Counted from the stretch's first letter, positions 9,631-19,437 are shown. The stretch: 64,000 bases of DNA from Acidimicrobiales bacterium (GCA_963664235.1 OY760933.1:1043920-1107919); one strand, 5' to 3'. Notes: a model not told the origin generated them from the sequence alone. A program made the numbers and translations.

Positions 9631-11127
9631 CTACGAGCCCGAGCCGTCGCCGAGGTCCTCCTGCCACCGGAGCACCGGGCGTCGAGCCGCCGTGGCCTCG
9701 TCGAGGCGCCCTATGGGTGCGCTCCAGGGGGCGCCGTGCAGGGTCTCGGGGTCGCTGCGGGCCTCGGCGGCAATGGCGATCATGGCCTCCGCCAGGGCCT
9801 CGATGGCCTCGGGGGGCTCGGTCTCGGTCGGCTCGATCATCAGCGCTTCCTCGACGATCAGGGGGAAGTAGACCGTCGGCGGGTGGAATCCGTGGTCGAT
9901 GAGGCGCTTGGCGATGTCATAGGTGGGCACACCGTGGCTGCGGCGCTGCCGCGTGCCCGAGAAGACGACCTCGTGCAGTACGGGCCGGTCGTACGGCAGG
10001 TCGTAGTGGTCGCCCATCAGCACGCGCAGGTAGTTAGCGTTGAGCACGGCCTGACCCGAGACGGCTCGCAGGCCCTCGAGGCCCAGGGCGCGCATGTAGG
10101 CGTAGGCACGAATCAGGACACCCACGTTGCCGTTGAATTGCTGGAGGCGTCCGATGCTGCGCTCCGGCTCGATGAAGCGCACGACGCCGTCGTCGCACTC
10201 GGTGACGACCGGGGTCGGGAGGTACGGCGCCAACTCCTCGCTGCAGCAGACGGGTCCCGCGCCCGGGCCGCCGCCGCCGTGGGGCGTGCTGAAACTCTTG
10301 TGCAGGTTCAGGTGGGCCACGTCGAATCCCAGGTCGCCGTAGCGCACGCGCCCCATGATGGCGTTGAGGTTGGCCCCGTCTCCGTAGAGGTAGGCGCCGG
10401 CCCGGTGGATCACACCGGCCACCTCCTCGATGCCGCGCTCCCACAGGCCCAGCGTGTTCGGCACGGTGACCATGACGGCGGCCACCGAGGCGTCCAACTC
10501 CCTTTCGATGGTTGCCCGGTCCAACGAACCGTCGGCGCCGGTGGGGATCTGGGTCACGGCGAAGCCGGCCATGGCGGCGGTCGCCGGGTTCGTGCCGTGC
10601 GCCGAATCCGGAACGAGGATCCTGCGCCGCTGCGACAGCTCGCCGCGATCCTCCAGGGCGCGCGTGATCATCAACACGCCGGCGAGCTCACCCTGCGCCC
10701 CGGCGGCCGGCGCCAGGCTCACCGCTCCCAGACCGGTGATCTCGCCCAAGCCGCGCTGCAATTCGAGCAGCGTCTGAAGGGTGCCTTGGACCTCCTCCGG
10801 TGGCGCCTGGGGATGCGCGCCCGCCAATCCGGGAAGCGACGCCACGAGGTCGTCGACCTTCGGGTTGTACTTCATGGTGCAGGAACCCAGCGGGTAGGTG
10901 CCGGAGTCGATGCCGTAGTTCCGCGCCGAGAGTTCCGTGTAGTAACGCACCAGTTCGCCCTGGCTCAGTTCCGGCAACCGCACCGAGTCCCGCAGCAGAT
11001 GCGCATCGGGCAGCGGCGCCGGTTCGCCGTCCCAGCGGGGAACGTCGACCGCCCGCCGGCCGGGCACCCCCCTGTCAAAACTCAAGCGGGCACCGAAGTC
11101 CTCGCTGTTGGGCCCTGGCGCGCTCAC
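9631..11127 (-). CDS. gcvPB: Glycine dehydrogenase (decarboxylating) subunit 2
   Basis: YPLGSCTMKYNP, SAHGTNPATA, HLNLHKSFSTPHGGGGPG, GFHPPTVYFPL; GTG overlaps the gcvPA stop. Confidence 0.96.
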   Translation of the reverse strand: MSAPGPNSEDFGARLSFDRGVPGRRAVDVPRWDGEPAPLPDAHLLRDSVRLPELSQGELVRYYTELSARNYGIDSGTYPLGSCTMKYNPKVDDLVASLPGLAGAHPQAPPEEVQGTLQTLLELQRGLGEITGLGAVSLAPAAGAQGELAGVLMITRALEDRGELSQRRRILVPDSAHGTNPATAAMAGFAVTQIPTGADGSLDRATIERELDASVAAVMVTVPNTLGLWERGIEEVAGVIHRAGAYLYGDGANLNAIMGRVRYGDLGFDVAHLNLHKSFSTPHGGGGPGAGPVCCSEELAPYLPTPVVTECDDGVVRFIEPERSIGRLQQFNGNVGVLIRAYAYMRALGLEGLRAVSGQAVLNANYLRVLMGDHYDLPYDRPVLHEVVFSGTRQRRSHGVPTYDIAKRLIDHGFHPPTVYFPLIVEEALMIEPTETEPPEAIEALAEAMIAIAAEARSDPETLHGAPWSAPIGRLDEATAARRPVLRWQEDLGDGSGS

Positions 11128-12497
11128 GCCGCACCCCCGATCTCCGCCAGCGCCTCGACGAGCGCGTCGGTGTGTTCCTGGAGCGTGGCCTCGGTCACCG
11201 AGAACAGCAGGGCCTGGCGCGCCTCGGGCTCGGGTCTGCCCGAGACGTCGAAGCCGGGACCGATGCCGCGCGCCCTGAGTGCGGAGGCCAATTCTGCGGC
11301 CGGCATCGGGCCGCGTACCAGGAACTCCGAGAACCACGGACCGCGCTCGGGGGTCTCGAAGCCGTCCAGTGCGGCGATGCGCCGGGCGGCGTCATGAGCG
11401 CGCTGGTAGCTCAACTCGGCGGCCTCGCGGAGCCCTCGGGGGCCCAGAGCCTGCAGGGTGATCGTGAAGGCGAGCGCGATCAGTGACTGCGCAGTGGAGA
11501 CGTTCGAGGTGGCCCGCTCGCGCCGGATGAACTGCTCGCGCGCCTGCAGGGTGAGCACGTAGCCGGTGCGCGGTTCAGCGCCGCCGGGGGGCGCTTGCAG
11601 CTCCCGCGTGCGCCCGACGATGCGGCCGGGCATCTGCCGAAGGAACGTCGACCGGGCTGCGAACAGTCCGAGCGAGGGCCCGCCGAACTGCGGCGGCCCC
11701 GCCAGATCTCGCCCCTCGCCGGTGACGATGTCGGCGCCCGCGTCGCCCGGTGCACGAAGCATCCCCAGAGCGAAGGGGTCGGCGACGGTCACCAGGAGCA
11801 CGCCGTCGGCGTGCACCCTCTCCGCAATCGGCTCGAGGTCCACGATGGCTCCCAGGAAGTCCGGCTGCTGGACGACGAGACAGGCATGATCGGCACTCAC
11901 CGCCTCCGGGGTCTGCAGCACGTCCACCCGCAACCCCGCGCCGCGGGCGTAGGTACGCACGACGCCGGTGGTTCCGGGGTGGATCGGCTCGAGCAGTGCC
12001 ACCGCGCTGCGCTTCGTGACGCGAGACGCCAGCAGGCATGCCTCGGCCGTGGCGCTGGCCCCGTCGTACAGGCCGGTGTTGGACACGTCCAGGCCGCTGA
12101 GTTCGCACACCACCGACTGGTACTCGAACGCCGTCTGCAGCGTCCCCTGGCTGATCTCCGGCTGGTACGGCGTGTAGGCGGTGACGAACTCGGAGCGGCT
12201 GGTGAGGTGCGAGGTGATGGCGGGGATGGCGTGCCGGTACGCCCCGGCGCCGAGGAAGTCCGGGCGGCCGGCGACGGCGTTGGCGGCGGCCCGCTCGGCC
12301 AGCAACGCGATCAACTCCGGCTCCGTGAGGGCCGGGGGAAGCTGGATCGTCGGATCCAGCACGGCCGCCGGCAGATCGGCGAACAGCGCGTCGATGTCGG
12401 CGACACCGACCCGCTCGAGCATCCGGGCGCGGTCGGCCTCGGTGGCCGGGATATACGGATGTGGGGAGCCGCCGGAGGGCGAGGACACGGCCGTCAA
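11124..12497 (-). CDS. gcvPA: Glycine dehydrogenase (decarboxylating) subunit 1
   Basis: FLGAGAYRH, EFVTAYTPYQPEISQG, LYDGASA, REQFIRRERATSN. Confidence 0.96.
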   Translation of the reverse strand: MTAVSSPSGGSPHPYIPATEADRARMLERVGVADIDALFADLPAAVLDPTIQLPPALTEPELIALLAERAAANAVAGRPDFLGAGAYRHAIPAITSHLTSRSEFVTAYTPYQPEISQGTLQTAFEYQSVVCELSGLDVSNTGLYDGASATAEACLLASRVTKRSAVALLEPIHPGTTGVVRTYARGAGLRVDVLQTPEAVSADHACLVVQQPDFLGAIVDLEPIAERVHADGVLLVTVADPFALGMLRAPGDAGADIVTGEGRDLAGPPQFGGPSLGLFAARSTFLRQMPGRIVGRTRELQAPPGGAEPRTGYVLTLQAREQFIRRERATSNVSTAQSLIALAFTITLQALGPRGLREAAELSYQRAHDAARRIAALDGFETPERGPWFSEFLVRGPMPAAELASALRARGIGPGFDVSGRPEPEARQALLFSVTEATLQEHTDALVEALAEIGGAA

Positions 12498-12898
12498 CTC
12501 GCCTCGACCTCCGCCCGGTACCCGGCGGCGTCGAGCATTCCCTCCAGTTCGGCGCCCTCAGAGATACGCACGCGGATCAGCCACCCCTCGCCATAGGGCG
12601 ACTCGTTGACGAGTTCCGGGGCGTCGGCGAGCTCGCCGTTGGCGGCGACCACCTCGCCGCTGACCGGGGCGTAGAACTCCGCGACGGTCTTGGTGGACTC
12701 GATCTCGCCACACACCTCACCGGCGGTGACCGGGGTCCCCGCGGCAGGAAGATCGAGGTACACCACATCGCCGAGCTGATCCTGGGCAAAGTCCGTGATG
12801 CCCACGGTGGCCTCATCGGGGTTGTCGCCGTCGCGGCGCAACCACTCGTGGCTGGGCGTGTAGAGGAGGTCACCGGGGGTGTTGTTGTCGGTCATCAC
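12494..12898 (-). CDS. gcvH: Glycine cleavage system H protein
   Basis: SHEW, VGITDFAQDQLGDVVY, IESTKTV lipoyl-lysine motif, NESPYGEGWL. Confidence 0.97.
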   Translation of the reverse strand: MMTDNNTPGDLLYTPSHEWLRRDGDNPDEATVGITDFAQDQLGDVVYLDLPAAGTPVTAGEVCGEIESTKTVAEFYAPVSGEVVAANGELADAPELVNESPYGEGWLIRVRISEGAELEGMLDAAGYRAEVEAS

Positions 12899-14010
12899 GT
12901 ATTCCTCACTTTCCGGTAGAACGGGCGGCGCACGACCTCCACCGGGAGAGCGCGGCCGCGGACATCGACTTCGAGAGTGACACCGGGGCTCGCAAGCTCG
13001 GCCGGAAGGTAAGCCATGCCGATGCCGAGGCGCAGGCTGGGGCTGAAGGTCCCGCTGGTGAGTCGCGCCACCGCCTCGCCGGCGGGCTCGTGCACGGCGA
13101 ACCCCGCTCTCGGCACGCCGCGGCCGCGAGCCATCAGATGGCAGAGCCGTCGGCTGCGAGCCCGGGCCTTCGCCTCCAAGAGCGCTTCCCGTCCGGTGAA
13201 CGGCGCTCCGTCGTCGAGGCTCACCGCGAATCCCAGCCCGGCCTCGTAGGGGTGCGTGGTGGCGTCGATGTCATTGCCGTGAAGCGGCAGCGCCGCCTCG
13301 AGTCGCAACGTGTCGCGTGCTCCGAGGCCTACGGGCGTGGCCCCCCCGCCCACCAGCGCGTCCCACAGCGCCCCGGCACCGCCGGCGCCGACGATGCACT
13401 CGCCGCCGTCTTCGCCCGTGTAGCCGGTCCGAGCGAAGAGCACGGGTGAGGCGTCCCAATCAAGTTCCACGCAGTCCCGCGGTGCCAGCGCTGCCAGGCC
13501 CTCACCGAGGACGGCGCTGAGCAGGCCGATCGCCTCGGGTCCCTGGACGGCGAGCATCACCGTGTCCTGGGTCACCTCGGCTGCGTCGTCGCCGGCGACG
13601 GACCGCAACCGCGCGAAGTCCTCGCCGGCATTGGCCGCGTTGTGGACGATCAGCCAGCGTTCGTCGGGCAGGCGGTAAATGAAGACGTCGTCGTCGATAC
13701 CGCCGGACTCGTTGCAGTAGAGCGAGTAGTGCGCCCTACCCACCTCCAGGGTGTTCACGTCGAAGGTCGTCACCGAGCGCAGCAGCGACGCCGCCCGCGG
13801 TCCGCGCAGCCAGACCCGTCCCAGGTGCGACACGTCGAAGACACCCACCCGCTCCCGCACGGCCTCGTGCTCGCGAACCGTGCCGGCGTACTGCAGCGGC
13901 ATCTCCCAGCCGGCGAAGGGCGCAAAGCGGGAGCCGGCCGCCTCATGGCGATCACGCAGTGTCAGCGTGTGCAGCCCGCCGTCACTGCCGGGCCCTTGGC
14001 TCTCGCCCAC
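12895..14010 (-). CDS. gcvT: Glycine cleavage system aminomethyltransferase T
   Basis: FAGWEMPLQY, FDVSHLG, ARTGYTGEDG, GLGARDTLRLEA, TSGTFSPSL. Confidence 0.96.
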   Translation of the reverse strand: MGESQGPGSDGGLHTLTLRDRHEAAGSRFAPFAGWEMPLQYAGTVREHEAVRERVGVFDVSHLGRVWLRGPRAASLLRSVTTFDVNTLEVGRAHYSLYCNESGGIDDDVFIYRLPDERWLIVHNAANAGEDFARLRSVAGDDAAEVTQDTVMLAVQGPEAIGLLSAVLGEGLAALAPRDCVELDWDASPVLFARTGYTGEDGGECIVGAGGAGALWDALVGGGATPVGLGARDTLRLEAALPLHGNDIDATTHPYEAGLGFAVSLDDGAPFTGREALLEAKARARSRRLCHLMARGRGVPRAGFAVHEPAGEAVARLTSGTFSPSLRLGIGMAYLPAELASPGVTLEVDVRGRALPVEVVRRPFYRKVRNT

Positions 14011-14099
14011 GCCTCGAATTTATCCCCGCTCGACCGCCGGCGGCGACCACCGCCCGCTCCCGGCGAGGCTGTCGTCGGTTCGGCTGCTCATTGGCCTGC

Positions 14100-14912
14100 T
14101 CAGTCCCGCTGCACCGCATCCCCGGCAGACCACACCGTGCCGGTGCGGGTCCGGCGCAAGGTTCCGCCCGGAGTTTCTCCCCCTGCTGCCGCCTCGCCAC
14201 CCGCCAGGGCCGCTGCCACACCGAGGCACCGGCGCCCGTCCCCCGAGCGGTCGGGTGTCGGACCCGCACCGTCGCCGGACCCGGGCGGTGGTGGGCAACC
14301 GATCATCGCCGTAGGGCTGGCGGCGAGCATGTCCCACTCATCGAGCACGCGGGCAATCCGCTGCGCGGTTCGGACGGTGCCGCCGGTCACGAGCGCGGCT
14401 CGCTCGGCGTCGTCGCCCCCGTTCGCCGCGGCGGGCAACGAGTCGATGCGCGCCGCGGCAACCACAGACAAGCGCACGGCCGCCGCGGCCACCCGGGCCG
14501 CGAGGGGCACAAGGCTCTCGAGGGGGATCTTGGGATCGCGGCCGATGGACGTCCCGTGACTGAGCCATTCCAGAGCGTCAGGGATGTCGCAGTCGGCCAG
14601 GACCCGGTCCACATCTTCCCGCACGCCCTCGGGCAGCCCGAGGGACGATCGGGCCTTCCGGCGGCTGCGCCGGGACTTCGTCTCGGCCGCCTCATGGGCG
14701 AGCGACTTGAGGGCGTTCTCCAGAATCGCCTGCGATTGAGCGCACACGCCCCGCATGCGCGCCGCCACTGCGCCGCCATAGCCGTCGGCGTCGCTGCTCT
14801 CCAGCGCTGCCCGCTCGTCGGAGAGCGGGTAGAGGAGAGCCCCGAGCAGGACAAGCGCCCGGCGGGCACTGTCCATCGATGCGACTGCATCGTTGCTGTC
14901 TGCAGCAGGCAA
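14100..14912 (-). CDS. Hypothetical protein, possible degenerate HEPN-like helical domain
   Basis: 270-aa ORF, TTG start preceded by GGAGAGGAG; VCAQSQAILENALKSL resembles the HEPN N-terminal helix. Confidence 0.5.
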   Translation of the reverse strand: MPAADSNDAVASMDSARRALVLLGALLYPLSDERAALESSDADGYGGAVAARMRGVCAQSQAILENALKSLAHEAAETKSRRSRRKARSSLGLPEGVREDVDRVLADCDIPDALEWLSHGTSIGRDPKIPLESLVPLAARVAAAAVRLSVVAAARIDSLPAAANGGDDAERAALVTGGTVRTAQRIARVLDEWDMLAASPTAMIGCPPPPGSGDGAGPTPDRSGDGRRCLGVAAALAGGEAAAGGETPGGTLRRTRTGTVWSAGDAVQRD

Positions 14913-15192
14913 ACCGATCTCCTCTCCCGATTCCCGCCTCCCGGCGGGCCCCGGCCATCTGCGGCGACGAATGAAGGATCATGCCACTTCGGTGCCGCAG
15001 GCCTATCGGCCACCGGTGAACAGTAGTCGGACCGCTGCACTTCTCGTAGCGCGTCCATACGATTCAAGCCTGTTCGGGCCAACCCAACGACACCGGTGAT
15101 GCACTGGTCCGCGGCGCGGGGGGAACCGTCGAGGGTCGGCGCCTCCTAGAGTGGCTTCCGGTGGCGGGGCGGAACAAGGAAAGGGAGACCAG

Positions 15193-15999
15193 ATGAGTGC
15201 AACGGGCGCGGACATGTTCCGCCTGGACGGCAAAGTGGCGCTGGTAACCGGCGGATCCGGCGGCATCGGCAAGGCGCTGGGAATCGGCCTGGGGTTGGCC
15301 GGCGCCCGCCTGGCGCTCACCGGCCGCTCGCAGGAGAAACTCGACGCCAACGCCGCCGCAGCGAAGGCTGCCGGCTGTGACGACGTCGAGACGTTCGGCG
15401 ACTTCGACCTGACCCATCCGGGCCGGCCCGCGGCGCTCGCGGACACGGTCGCAGAGCGGATGGGAGGCGTCGACATCCTCGTCAATGTGGCAGGTCTCAA
15501 CCGTCGCAAGCCCGCCCTCGACTTCGCCGAAGAGGACTGGGACGCCGTCATGAACCCCAACCTGAAGGCCGTGTTCTTCCTGTCGCGGGAGGTGGCTCGA
15601 CTGTGGGTCGAGGGCGGTCGGGACGCCGAGAGCGACGGTAGGGGCAAGATCATCAACATCGCCAGCCTGGCGGGGGCGATCGGGATCGCCGAGATCGCCC
15701 CGTACGGCGCCTCGAAGCTGGGTGTGGTGGCACTCACGCGGTCCCTGGGCGTCGAGTGGGCCCGCGAGGCGATCTGCGTGAACTGCATCGCGCCGGGCTA
15801 CCACGAGACGCCTATGACCATCGCCCAGGGGATCTTCGACAACCCGAAGATCGGGCCGTGGGTACGCAGCCGCATCCCCATGGGGCGACTCGGAACGACC
15901 GAGGACCTGGTCGGGCCGGCGATCTACCTGGCCTCGGCGGCCAGCGACTACATGACCGGCCAGACCGTCTTCGTGGACGGCGGCTTCGAGGCGGGCTAG
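15193..15999 (+). CDS. SDR oxidoreductase (KduD/gluconate 5-dehydrogenase-like)
   Basis: TGGSGGIG, YGASK, VNCIAPG, YMTGQTVFVDGG; GGAG RBS. Confidence 0.9.
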   Translation: MSATGADMFRLDGKVALVTGGSGGIGKALGIGLGLAGARLALTGRSQEKLDANAAAAKAAGCDDVETFGDFDLTHPGRPAALADTVAERMGGVDILVNVAGLNRRKPALDFAEEDWDAVMNPNLKAVFFLSREVARLWVEGGRDAESDGRGKIINIASLAGAIGIAEIAPYGASKLGVVALTRSLGVEWAREAICVNCIAPGYHETPMTIAQGIFDNPKIGPWVRSRIPMGRLGTTEDLVGPAIYLASAASDYMTGQTVFVDGGFEAG

Positions 16000-16053
16000 C
16001 GGGACCCGCCTCAAGAGCCCACCAGGCCGACGAGCCGGTGATTCGCGACGCGC

Positions 16054-16089
16054 CTCAGGTGAGGTAGCGCTGGCGCCACTCGCCGGAGC
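16054..16089. repeat. 36-bp direct repeat, left copy (orphan duplicate of the htpX 3' end; att-like)
   Basis: CTCAGGTGAGGTAGCGCTGGCGCCACTCGCCGGAGC, identical to 23609-23644. Confidence 0.95.
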
Positions 16090-17597
16090 TAGTCCGTGCT
16101 GCTAGTCCAAGGGCCGCGGGGTGCGGCCGGATCGAAACGCACCTTCTGGACATCAAGTGCATCAAGTCCTTCCTGACCGGTTGTTCGAAGCCAGGCGTCC
16201 TGCCCGTACCACATCGGTTCCAAGATCGCGCTGAGTTCAGGCGTCAGTCGTTGCTCCGCATGAAGACGCACCGCCTCCCGTGGCAGATCGCCGAGTGCAC
16301 GTAGCGCCAGCAACCGCGCCTGCCCGGCTATCGCGCAGGCGTCGAGCAAACTGTCGATGCAACGGTGTCGCGCCAGTAGGCAAGCAGCCAACTCGGCGCG
16401 CTCCACGTCCTCGGCCAAGAGCCACTCGGTCAGTGTCTCCTGCACGCTATGGGGCAGTCCCTCGATGGCGGCGATGGCGTGAAGTGCAACGATCTCGTCG
16501 CTGTCGAGTCCGAGTCGGATCAGCAGGTCGGGTCGATGCAAACCGCCTTGGCCGAGCCCCCAGGCTGCTGCCGCTCGTACTTCCGAAGGAAGGCTTGACG
16601 AATCGGCGACTCGGGCTAGTTCATTGGCCGCAGCGCCGTCGCGCAACTCCGTCAACGCGAACACGGCCTCCATTCGCTGTTCCGTGTCGACATCGTCGCC
16701 GATGGCGCCGTCAGCTATCGCGGGAGCCCATGACGCGGCATCGAGTCGGGCGAGGTTCGCTCGGGCTTCGAGCCGGGTTCGCCAGTCCTCCGCTGTGTCC
16801 GCCTCGATGGCGAGGAGCCCGTTGACCAAGTCCCGGCGTCCAGAGATTCCTACCGCCCGGACAGCGGCGTAACGATCCACCGGATCGTTGGACCGCAGGT
16901 CCGCCGCAAAGTTCCAGGAATCACCATCACAAGCGAGAGATCCCACTGGCTGTACGACTCCAGCCACGATCGTCTCGCCGGCGGCGAACTCGTCGCCGGG
17001 AATCAGGTAGACGTGCCTTGGCGGCGTCCAGTTCCGCCAATGCCAGTACCGGCGCTGCACACCGAAGTCATCGTGGTAGCAAATCCGGCCTTCGGCATCG
17101 AGCCCGAGGAACCTGCCGCGGCGTGACGGCACCCAGCATGGCCAGGTCAGCGTCGATTCGGAGCCTTCCGACGCCGCCTTCGGCGCCGACCGCCGGGCTT
17201 GGCTGATACTGGCCCTCAGCGCCGCTCTGGAGAAGCAGACGGGCGCGCCTGCGTATGGAGGGAAGTGGCTCAGATCAGTACGTATGAACGCGAAGAGGTC
17301 GCCGTCTCGCATTCCGCCCGCGTCCCACTCGCGGCCGGGCGCGTCAGAGTGCGACAACACGACCCCCAGCTTGGACTTGGCGCGCGCTTCGACGCGCAAG
17401 CCGCAGCGGACGCACAGAAGGTCGGGCAGGCGGAGGCGCTTGACCTTCGTCTGCCACACCTTGTTGGCCATGGCGTAGCGCTCGAGTTCGACCATCCGAT
17501 GGCCGTGCTCGTCACTCAGATCAAAGGCCACGGCGGCTGCGCCAACAGCGCCCATCGAGACGAATCGGGCGAAGTCGGCATCCTCCTTGAAGCCCAT
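16089..17597 (-). CDS. Putative PD-(D/E)xK-type restriction endonuclease fused to C-terminal HEAT-like repeats
   Basis: N-terminal LRLPDLLCVRCGLRVEARAK (PD..E-x-x-x-K variant with CxxC); C-terminal repeats DRYAAVRAVG, RMEAVFALTE, EVRAAAAWGLG, ARLLALRALG; divergent from a DNA methyltransferase; ATG 17597 has TACGCT 6 nt upstream. Confidence 0.6.
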   Translation of the reverse strand: MGFKEDADFARFVSMGAVGAAAVAFDLSDEHGHRMVELERYAMANKVWQTKVKRLRLPDLLCVRCGLRVEARAKSKLGVVLSHSDAPGREWDAGGMRDGDLFAFIRTDLSHFPPYAGAPVCFSRAALRASISQARRSAPKAASEGSESTLTWPCWVPSRRGRFLGLDAEGRICYHDDFGVQRRYWHWRNWTPPRHVYLIPGDEFAAGETIVAGVVQPVGSLACDGDSWNFAADLRSNDPVDRYAAVRAVGISGRRDLVNGLLAIEADTAEDWRTRLEARANLARLDAASWAPAIADGAIGDDVDTEQRMEAVFALTELRDGAAANELARVADSSSLPSEVRAAAAWGLGQGGLHRPDLLIRLGLDSDEIVALHAIAAIEGLPHSVQETLTEWLLAEDVERAELAACLLARHRCIDSLLDACAIAGQARLLALRALGDLPREAVRLHAEQRLTPELSAILEPMWYGQDAWLRTTGQEGLDALDVQKVRFDPAAPRGPWTSSTD

Positions 17598-17622
17598 CTT
17601 GAGAGCGTAGGGTTGACATTCG

Positions 17623-19437
17623 ATGACAGCTACGGGCCACGCTGCCTCAGTCGAGAGCGCTGCACGACGACCGGGCGCGGAAGCGCCGACGTCAGACGTC
17701 ACCGGGAACGGGGAATCCGAGTTGGCGGGCACGATCTCAGTCCGCCGCAGCGACCCCGTCTACATGGCCCACGCGTATCTCACGAAGGTACCGGTGGCCG
17801 CGATCACGCCGTTCATCGAGGCGTTCACAAAGCCGGGCGATGTAGTCCTCGATCCGTTCGCCGGTTCCGGGATGACCGGTGTGGCCGCCGCTGTCACTGG
17901 CCGGCGCGCTCAACTCTTCGACATATCTGTGCTGGGCCGTCATATCGGCGCCAACTACGTCAACCTGGTCGACCCTGACATGATGCACCATCACGGCGAA
18001 GCTGTGTTGGAGAACGCCGCCCGACGAGTCGGAAATGCGTACGGAGCACGTTGCGAGGCGTGCGGTTCTGCCGCGGAACTCGTCAAGACCGTGTGGTCGG
18101 CGGTCCTCGAGTGCCAAGCCTGCAGCGAGGGGGTTAATTACTACCGGGCGTTGGAGGCCGCAGGGTGGGCAAAGCAGCGAATGACGTGCCCAAGCTGCGG
18201 CACTCGCTTCGGTGCCCGCTGTCGACGACTAGCTGAAGAGCCCGTACTCGACTCGATCCGCTGCCTCTGCTCGCGGACTCAGCTCGAACAGGACCACAGG
18301 TCACCGCTGGAGTTTCCCGATCCCGCCGGCCTGACCTGGCCTGACGTGCCGATAGGTGAATCGCGCCAGATGTACGTTGCGTCCGCCCTCGGGCGCAACG
18401 GTCTGACAACAACAGGGGCGTTCTACTCCCCTCGGAACCTGTGCGCGCTCGCCGCGCTGCGAGACGCCATCGAGGCCGTCTCCGAGCCCCAGGTGCGGGC
18501 GAAGTTGCTCTTCGCGTTTACCGCCGTGCTGACACGTGCGAGCAAGCGGTACCAGTGGTCGCGGCAGCGCCCGCTCAATGCCGCCAACGCCAACTACTAC
18601 GTCGCCCCAGTGTTCTACGAGTGGAACGTGTTCGATCTGTTCGACCGCAAGGTTGCGGCCGCGATTCGCTCCGACGAATGGATCAGGCAGCACCAGAACG
18701 GTGATTCCTCGACAGGCGCCCGCTGCCCGGACGTGGTGTACGACCTAGCCAGCGCTGACAAGCTCCCGCTGGAAGACGACTCGGTGGACTACGTCTTCAC
18801 CGATCCCCCATTCGGCGCCAACATCTTCTATTCCGACATGAATCTGTTCCAAGAGGCTTGGCTCTCCGAGGTGACGGATCCTGCCGCCGAGGCGGTGGTA
18901 GACCGCGTGGATACTGGCGCCCCTCGCACCGCCGAGCGTTACGAACGGATGCTTGCCGGCGCACTACGAGAATGTCGACGTGTCGTCAAGCCTGGCGGGC
19001 ATATCACACTGCTGTTCGGCAATAGTTCCGGCGCTATGTGGCAGCTGCTTCAGCGAGCGTTGACCCGTGCTGGGTTGGAGCCGGTGCCAGAGTTGATTGC
19101 CGTTCTCGACAAGGGCCAGCGCTCCGTTAAGGGTCTCGCCTCCGGATTCGAGAACGTGTCGACGCTGGATCTGATGCTGACTCTTAGGCCGGCTTCAGAC
19201 GGGCACGGCTTGCTCTTGACACCGCCGCCCGGTGTTGTGGACGACTTCGTCGTTGACCTGCTAGCGAGAGATCCCGAACCAACGCCCAGCCGGCTCTACC
19301 TGGCCCTGCTGCGGCATGGTCTCACTCAGGGTTGGGACCTCAGCCACCTCGATCTGCAGCGTGTCACAGCACTCCTCAGATCCACCGATGTAGCGGTCGA
19401 TCGCCAAAGCGCACGCGTACTCTCCGCCAACTGCTAA
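17623..19437 (+). CDS. Amino (N6-A/N4-C) DNA methyltransferase with Zn-ribbon insert
   Basis: HAYLTKVP, motif I VLDPFAGSGMTG, Cys pairs CEAC/CQAC/CPSC, motif IV DYVFTDPPF, ECRRVVKPGG; exact start uncertain. Confidence 0.88.
   Translation: MTATGHAASVESAARRPGAEAPTSDVTGNGESELAGTISVRRSDPVYMAHAYLTKVPVAAITPFIEAFTKPGDVVLDPFAGSGMTGVAAAVTGRRAQLFDISVLGRHIGANYVNLVDPDMMHHHGEAVLENAARRVGNAYGARCEACGSAAELVKTVWSAVLECQACSEGVNYYRALEAAGWAKQRMTCPSCGTRFGARCRRLAEEPVLDSIRCLCSRTQLEQDHRSPLEFPDPAGLTWPDVPIGESRQMYVASALGRNGLTTTGAFYSPRNLCALAALRDAIEAVSEPQVRAKLLFAFTAVLTRASKRYQWSRQRPLNAANANYYVAPVFYEWNVFDLFDRKVAAAIRSDEWIRQHQNGDSSTGARCPDVVYDLASADKLPLEDDSVDYVFTDPPFGANIFYSDMNLFQEAWLSEVTDPAAEAVVDRVDTGAPRTAERYERMLAGALRECRRVVKPGGHITLLFGNSSGAMWQLLQRALTRAGLEPVPELIAVLDKGQRSVKGLASGFENVSTLDLMLTLRPASDGHGLLLTPPPGVVDDFVVDLLARDPEPTPSRLYLALLRHGLTQGWDLSHLDLQRVTALLRSTDVAVDRQSARVLSANC

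Noticed and set aside
9500-9631. tRNA genes (Tyr, Leu, Thr/Met/Trp) as island integration sites
   Set aside because: No duplicated tRNA 3' ends, integrases or compositional shifts seen next to them
14011-14100. Glycine riboswitch upstream of gcvT
   Set aside because: No aptamer motifs, only ~90 bp available, and a leaderless -10 sits 6 nt from the start codon
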